Below are positions 23,376-27,486 of a DNA stretch of 27,486 nucleotides, piece by piece. The notes under the pieces are model-generated. The model was not told the origin of the DNA. It saw nothing but the letters and a program-made list of their open reading frames with translations, and did not search any database. The stretch lies in the IMG/VR virus record IMGVR_UViG_2909282993_000005; one strand, 5' to 3'. The stretch comes from a virus. Its lineage: Duplodnaviria > Heunggongvirae > Uroviricota > Caudoviricetes. Each line of letters opens with the position of its first letter. Positions within the stretch are counted from its first letter, which is position 1. A program made the position numbers and the translations under genes.

Positions 23376-25847
23376 ATGAGTAAAGTCTTTATTTGCGCCG
23401 CTATTCCTGACGAACTGGCAACAAGGGAAGAAGGCGCTGTGGCTGTAGCCACAGCCATTGAAGCTGGCGACGAACGCCGTGCTCGAGCAAAATTTCACTG
23501 GCAATTCCTGGAACATTATCCGGCTGCTCAGGACTGCGCTTATAAATTTATTGTCTGCGAGGATAAACCTGGCATACCCCGCCCAGCCCTCGATTCATGG
23601 GATGCTGAATATATGCAGGAAAACCGCTGGGATGAGGATTCTGCTTCTTTTGTTCCGGTTGAGACTGAATCCGATCCGATGAACGTCACTTTTGACAAGC
23701 TGGCCCCTGAAGTACAGAACGCTGTCATGGTTAAGTTCGACACATGTGAAAACATCACCGTTGATATGATTATTAGCGCGCAGGAATTGTTGCAGGAAGA
23801 CATGGCAACATTCGACGGACATATCGTTGAAGCGTTGATGAAAATGCCAGAAGTTAACGCCATGTATCCGGAGCTTAAGTTGCACGCCATTGGGTGGGTT
23901 AAGCATAAATGTATTCCTAGTGCTAAATGGCCCGAAATTCAGGCAGAGATGCGCATCTGGAAAAAACGTCGCGAAGGTGAACGCAAGGAAACCGGAAAAT
24001 ACACGTCTGTTGTTGATCTCGCCCGCGCCAGAACCAATCAACAGTACACTGAAAATTCAACAGGAAAAATCTGCCCGGTCATTGCTGCCATTCATCGCGA
24101 ATACAAGCAGACATGGAAAACACTGGATGACGAACTGGCCTACGCTCTCTGGCCTGGTGATGTGGGTGCCGGAAACATTGACGGCAGCATCCATCGCTGG
24201 GCAAAAAAAGAAGTTATCGACAACGACCGCGAAGACTGGAAGCGTATCTCGGCATCAATGCGCAAACAGCCTGATGCCCTTCGCTACGACCGCCAAACTA
24301 TTTTTGGCCTTGTCCGTGAGCGTCCGATCGACATTCACAAAGATCCCGTAGCACTGAACAAATATATCTGCGAATACCTGACGACAAAGGGCGCGTTTGA
24401 GAATGAAGAAACAGACCTGGGCACTGTTGATGTTCTCCAGTCATCAGAAACACAAACTGATGCAGTGGAAACTGAGGTATCTGATATCCCAAAAAATGAA
24501 ACCGCGCCGGAAGCTGAACCATCTGTAGAGCGTGAGGGGCCGTTCTATTTCCTCTTCGCAGATAAGGACGGAGAAAAATACGGTCGCGCAAACAAACTTT
24601 CTGGTCTGGATAAGGCACTGGCTGCTGGCGCCACTGAAATCACAAAAGAAGAATATTTTGCCCGAAAAAATGGCACATACACGGGCTTACCGCAAAATGT
24701 AGATACCGCTGAAGATTCAGAACAACCAGAGCCGATAAAAGTTACCGCTGACGAAGTAAACAAAATTATGCAGGCAGCCAATATCAGCCAGCCTGACGCC
24801 GATAAGTTGCTTGCTGCATCACGTGGTGAATTTGTTGAAGGGATTAGTGACCCGAATGATCCGAAATGGGTTAAGGGGATCCAGACCCGCGATTCTGTGA
24901 ACCAGAACCAGCATGAATCGGAACGGAACTACCAAAAAGCGGAACAAAACAGTCCAAATGCGTTACAAAACGAGCCAGAAACGAAACAGCCTGAACCAGT
25001 GGCGCAACAGGAAGTGGAAAAAGCCTGCACCGCCTGCGGTCAGACCGGCGGCGGCAACTGCCCTGATTGTGGCGCGGTGATGGGCGACGCAACATACCAA
25101 GAAACATTCGATGAAGAGTATCAGGTTGAAGTTCAGGAAGATGATCCGGAGGAAATGGAAGGCGCTGAACATCCACACAAGGAGAACACTGGCGGCAATC
25201 AGCATCACAATAGCGATAATGAAACTGGCGAGACGGCAGATCACCCAATTAAGGTGAACGGTCATCACGAAATCACATCCACCAGCAGGACGTGTGACCA
25301 TCTAATGATCGACCTTGAAACCATGGGAAAAAATCCTGATGCCCCGATCATCTCAATAGGTGCAATATTTTTCGATCCGCAAACCGGAGATATGGGACCG
25401 GAATTTAGTAAGACTATCGATCTGGAAACTGCTGGCGGAGTCATTGATCGGGACACCATTAAATGGTGGCTTAAGCAATCACGCGAAGCGCAATCTGCCA
25501 TTATGACCGATGAAATCCCGTTAGATGATGCACTGTTACAATTGCGGGAATTTATCGACGAAAACTCCGGTGAATTTTTTGTTCATGTCTGGGGAAATGG
25601 AGCCAACTTCGACAACACGATTTTGCGCCGTTCATACGAACGGCAGGGGATCCCCTGCCCGTGGCGTTACTACAACGATCGCGATGTACGCACAATCGTT
25701 GAGCTGGGGAAAGCCATAGACTTCGATGCCAGAACGGCTATTCCATTCGAAGGTGAGCGCCATAATGCACTTGATGACGCCCGTTACCAGGCAAAATACG
25801 TTTCAGTTATCTGGCAAAAACTGATCCCGAGTCAGGCTGATTCTTAA
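23376..25847 (+). CDS. Large recombination-module protein (YdfE-like, often annotated exodeoxyribonuclease VIII-like) with central acidic region, C4 zinc ribbon and C-terminal DEDDh (DnaQ-like) 3'-5' exonuclease domain
   Basis: 823-aa ORF with GAGGT RBS. Exo I LMIDLETMG, Exo II VWGNGANFDNTIL and Exo III HNALDDARYQAKY motifs in the last ~190 residues. Zinc ribbon CTACGQTGGGNCPDCG. Conserved LLAASRGEFVEGISDPNDPKWVKGIQTRD block. Confidence 0.7.
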   Translation: MSKVFICAAIPDELATREEGAVAVATAIEAGDERRARAKFHWQFLEHYPAAQDCAYKFIVCEDKPGIPRPALDSWDAEYMQENRWDEDSASFVPVETESDPMNVTFDKLAPEVQNAVMVKFDTCENITVDMIISAQELLQEDMATFDGHIVEALMKMPEVNAMYPELKLHAIGWVKHKCIPSAKWPEIQAEMRIWKKRREGERKETGKYTSVVDLARARTNQQYTENSTGKICPVIAAIHREYKQTWKTLDDELAYALWPGDVGAGNIDGSIHRWAKKEVIDNDREDWKRISASMRKQPDALRYDRQTIFGLVRERPIDIHKDPVALNKYICEYLTTKGAFENEETDLGTVDVLQSSETQTDAVETEVSDIPKNETAPEAEPSVEREGPFYFLFADKDGEKYGRANKLSGLDKALAAGATEITKEEYFARKNGTYTGLPQNVDTAEDSEQPEPIKVTADEVNKIMQAANISQPDADKLLAASRGEFVEGISDPNDPKWVKGIQTRDSVNQNQHESERNYQKAEQNSPNALQNEPETKQPEPVAQQEVEKACTACGQTGGGNCPDCGAVMGDATYQETFDEEYQVEVQEDDPEEMEGAEHPHKENTGGNQHHNSDNETGETADHPIKVNGHHEITSTSRTCDHLMIDLETMGKNPDAPIISIGAIFFDPQTGDMGPEFSKTIDLETAGGVIDRDTIKWWLKQSREAQSAIMTDEIPLDDALLQLREFIDENSGEFFVHVWGNGANFDNTILRRSYERQGIPCPWRYYNDRDVRTIVELGKAIDFDARTAIPFEGERHNALDDARYQAKYVSVIWQKLIPSQADS

Positions 25848-25919
25848 TGTTCAACTGTCGCCGGTTGTGACTGGTATTCTGCAACCGGCGCTCGTCTAAT
25901 GTAAGAGATAAAGAAATCG

Positions 25920-26171
25920 ATGAGCGAAGTAATCATGATTGTCTCTCCCGGCAAATGGGTATCCGAAGAGCAGTTAATTGCGCTGAAAGGAATAAAAAAA
26001 GGTACGTTAAAAAAGGCCCGGGAAAAATCGTTTATGGAAGGAAGGGAATATAAGCATGTCGCTCATGACGGTATGCCATGGGATAACAGCCCATGCTTTT
26101 ACAACCTGGAAGAAATTGATCGCTGGATTGAGCGCCAGGCATCAGCGAGACCAAGACGTCATCTTACTTGA
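25920..26171 (+). CDS. Excisionase-like protein (Xis)
   Basis: 83-aa ORF immediately upstream of the integrase. The GREYKHV segment resembles the lambda Xis DNA-binding region (DGREYLFHESA, recall). Confidence 0.55.
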   Translation: MSEVIMIVSPGKWVSEEQLIALKGIKKGTLKKAREKSFMEGREYKHVAHDGMPWDNSPCFYNLEEIDRWIERQASARPRRHLT

Positions 26172-26190
26172 CTAAAAGCCACACTAACTA

Positions 26191-27486
26191 ATGAGAGAAG
26201 TTGAAATGAAATATCCGACAGGCGTGGAAAACCATGGAGGGAAATTACGTATCTGGTTTGTTTATAAAGGCGTAAGAGTCAGGGAAAATCTGGGGGTTCC
26301 TGACACAGCAAAAAACAGGCGCGTTGCAGGTGAACTACGCGCCTCTGTTTGTTACGCAATAAAAACTGGTGTTTTCGACTATGCAAAACAGTTTCCCTCC
26401 TCACGCAATCTGGAAAAATTTGGTGAGGCCCGACAAGATTTAACCATAAAAGAACTGGCTGAAAAATTTCTGGCACTGAAAGAAACTGAAGTCGCAAAAA
26501 CATCACTCAACACATACCGTGCCGTCATCAAAAATATCCTGAGCATAATCGGTGAAAAAAATCTTGCCTCATCGATTAATAAAGAAAAATTACTGGAGGT
26601 TCGTAAAGAGCTACTGACTGGATACCAGATCCCCAAAAGTAACTATATTGTTACACAACCAGGGAGATCGGCTGTAACTGTAAATAATTACATGACAAAT
26701 CTTAACGCCGTGTTCCAGTTTGGTGTTGATAACGGCTACCTGGCAGATAACCCGTTTAAGGGGATCTCGCCATTAAAGGAATCAAGAACCATTCCGGATC
26801 CTCTTTCGCGGGAGGAATTCATCCGTCTTATCGATGCGTGCAGAAATCAGCAAGCCAAAAATTTATGGTGTGTTTCTGTTTATACTGGCGTTCGCCCTGG
26901 TGAGCTGTGTGCACTTGGATGGGAGGACATAGATCTGAAAAATGGAACAATGATGATCAGGAGAAATTTAGCAAAAGACCGTTTCACGGTACCAAAAACA
27001 CAGGCGGGAACCAATCGGGTCATTCATCTTATTAAGCCAGCAATCGACGCTCTCCGGAGTCAGATGACATTAACGAGACTGAGCAAAGAGCATATCATTG
27101 ATGTTCACCTCAGAGAGTATGGCAGAACAGAAAAACATAAATGCACCTTTGTTTTTCAACCTGAAGTGTCAGCGAGAGTAAAAAATTATGGTGACCATTT
27201 TACCGTTGACTCAATAAGGCAGATGTGGGACGCAGCGATAAAACGTGCCGGACTCCGCCATCGAAAATCATATCAGTCGAGACATACTTATGCCTGCTGG
27301 TCGCTGACTGCTGGTGCTAACCCGGCATTTATAGCAAACCAGATGGGCCATGCAGATGCGCAAATGGTATTTCAGGTATACGGAAAATGGATGTCTGAAA
27401 ACAATAATGCACAGGTAGCTTTGTTAAATACACAGTTAAGCGAGTTTGCCCCAACCATGCCCCATAACGAAGCAATGAAAAATTAA
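26191..27486 (+). CDS. Tyrosine recombinase / phage integrase (likely true start at ATG 26206, which has a GAGAAG RBS)
   Basis: 431-aa ORF with the C-terminal catalytic region of the integrase family (RHTYACW, GHADAQMVFQVYGKW with catalytic Tyr). The window ends at its stop codon, so the att site is outside the window. Confidence 0.9.
   Translation: MREVEMKYPTGVENHGGKLRIWFVYKGVRVRENLGVPDTAKNRRVAGELRASVCYAIKTGVFDYAKQFPSSRNLEKFGEARQDLTIKELAEKFLALKETEVAKTSLNTYRAVIKNILSIIGEKNLASSINKEKLLEVRKELLTGYQIPKSNYIVTQPGRSAVTVNNYMTNLNAVFQFGVDNGYLADNPFKGISPLKESRTIPDPLSREEFIRLIDACRNQQAKNLWCVSVYTGVRPGELCALGWEDIDLKNGTMMIRRNLAKDRFTVPKTQAGTNRVIHLIKPAIDALRSQMTLTRLSKEHIIDVHLREYGRTEKHKCTFVFQPEVSARVKNYGDHFTVDSIRQMWDAAIKRAGLRHRKSYQSRHTYACWSLTAGANPAFIANQMGHADAQMVFQVYGKWMSENNNAQVALLNTQLSEFAPTMPHNEAMKN

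Larger units (their letters stand above)
1285..27486. mobile_element. Defective mosaic lambdoid prophage (Qin/Rac-like) with embedded non-phage cargo; integrase at the right edge, tail-fibre remnant at the left edge; no head, tail or packaging genes
   Basis: Lambda-like gene order read from the sequence: int-xis-exonuclease-like-dicB/dicF-repressor | cro-like-rep | cargo | hok-DUF968-rusA-Q-tRNAs-S-R-Rz-bor-stf'-tfa. The left junction coincides with the truncated ydfJ start. Confidence 0.75.

Noticed and set aside
23376-25847. Calling the 823-aa protein RecE (exonuclease VIII)
   Set aside because: The C-terminal domain shows DEDDh (DnaQ-like) motifs rather than the PD-(D/E)XK nuclease expected for RecE. 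Only a central block resembles what I recall of RecE-family proteins, so I describe the architecture instead.

Overview
The window looks like a defective, mosaic lambdoid prophage (Qin/Rac-like, Escherichia-type) occupying 1285..27486, inserted into the 5' end of a ydfJ-like MFS transporter gene (1..1284, minus strand). All identifications rest on motif-level recognition of translated ORFs and on sequence features I could read directly; no database search was possible. Reading right to left in lambda order: integrase and excisionase (25920..27486); a large YdfE-like protein with a C-terminal DEDDh exonuclease domain; a ydfA/B/C-dicF-dicB-ydfD cell-division-inhibition module; a CI-like repressor flanked on both sides by palindromic operator-like sites; YdaS/YdaT-like early genes; an O-like replication gene with two intragenic iteron arrays. 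A roughly 6.3 kb non-phage cargo block follows (12165..18421: GC-rich MFS transporter, ChaC-like gamma-glutamylcyclotransferase, LysR regulator, a membrane protein and a BetT-like BCCT transporter), the last two genes bracketed by a 30-bp imperfect direct repeat. The late region then runs hok/mok type I toxin, DUF968/YdfU-like, RusA, Q-like antiterminator, a pR'/tR'-like element, two phage tRNAs (Ile2-CAU, Arg-UCU), and a moron slot holding two paralogous lipoproteins with a TolA domain-III-like C-terminus. It ends with a phage-21-type lysis cassette (pinholin, SAR endolysin, frameshifted Rz/Rz1), bor, a 5'-truncated side tail fiber gene and a tail fiber assembly gene. Head, tail and packaging genes are absent. 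I found no recognisable defence system (no CRISPR, restriction, retron or abortive-infection signature); the most unusual items are the TolA-like lipoprotein pair, the DEDDh-exonuclease YdfE-like protein, the intragenic iterons and the repeat-flanked transporter cargo.
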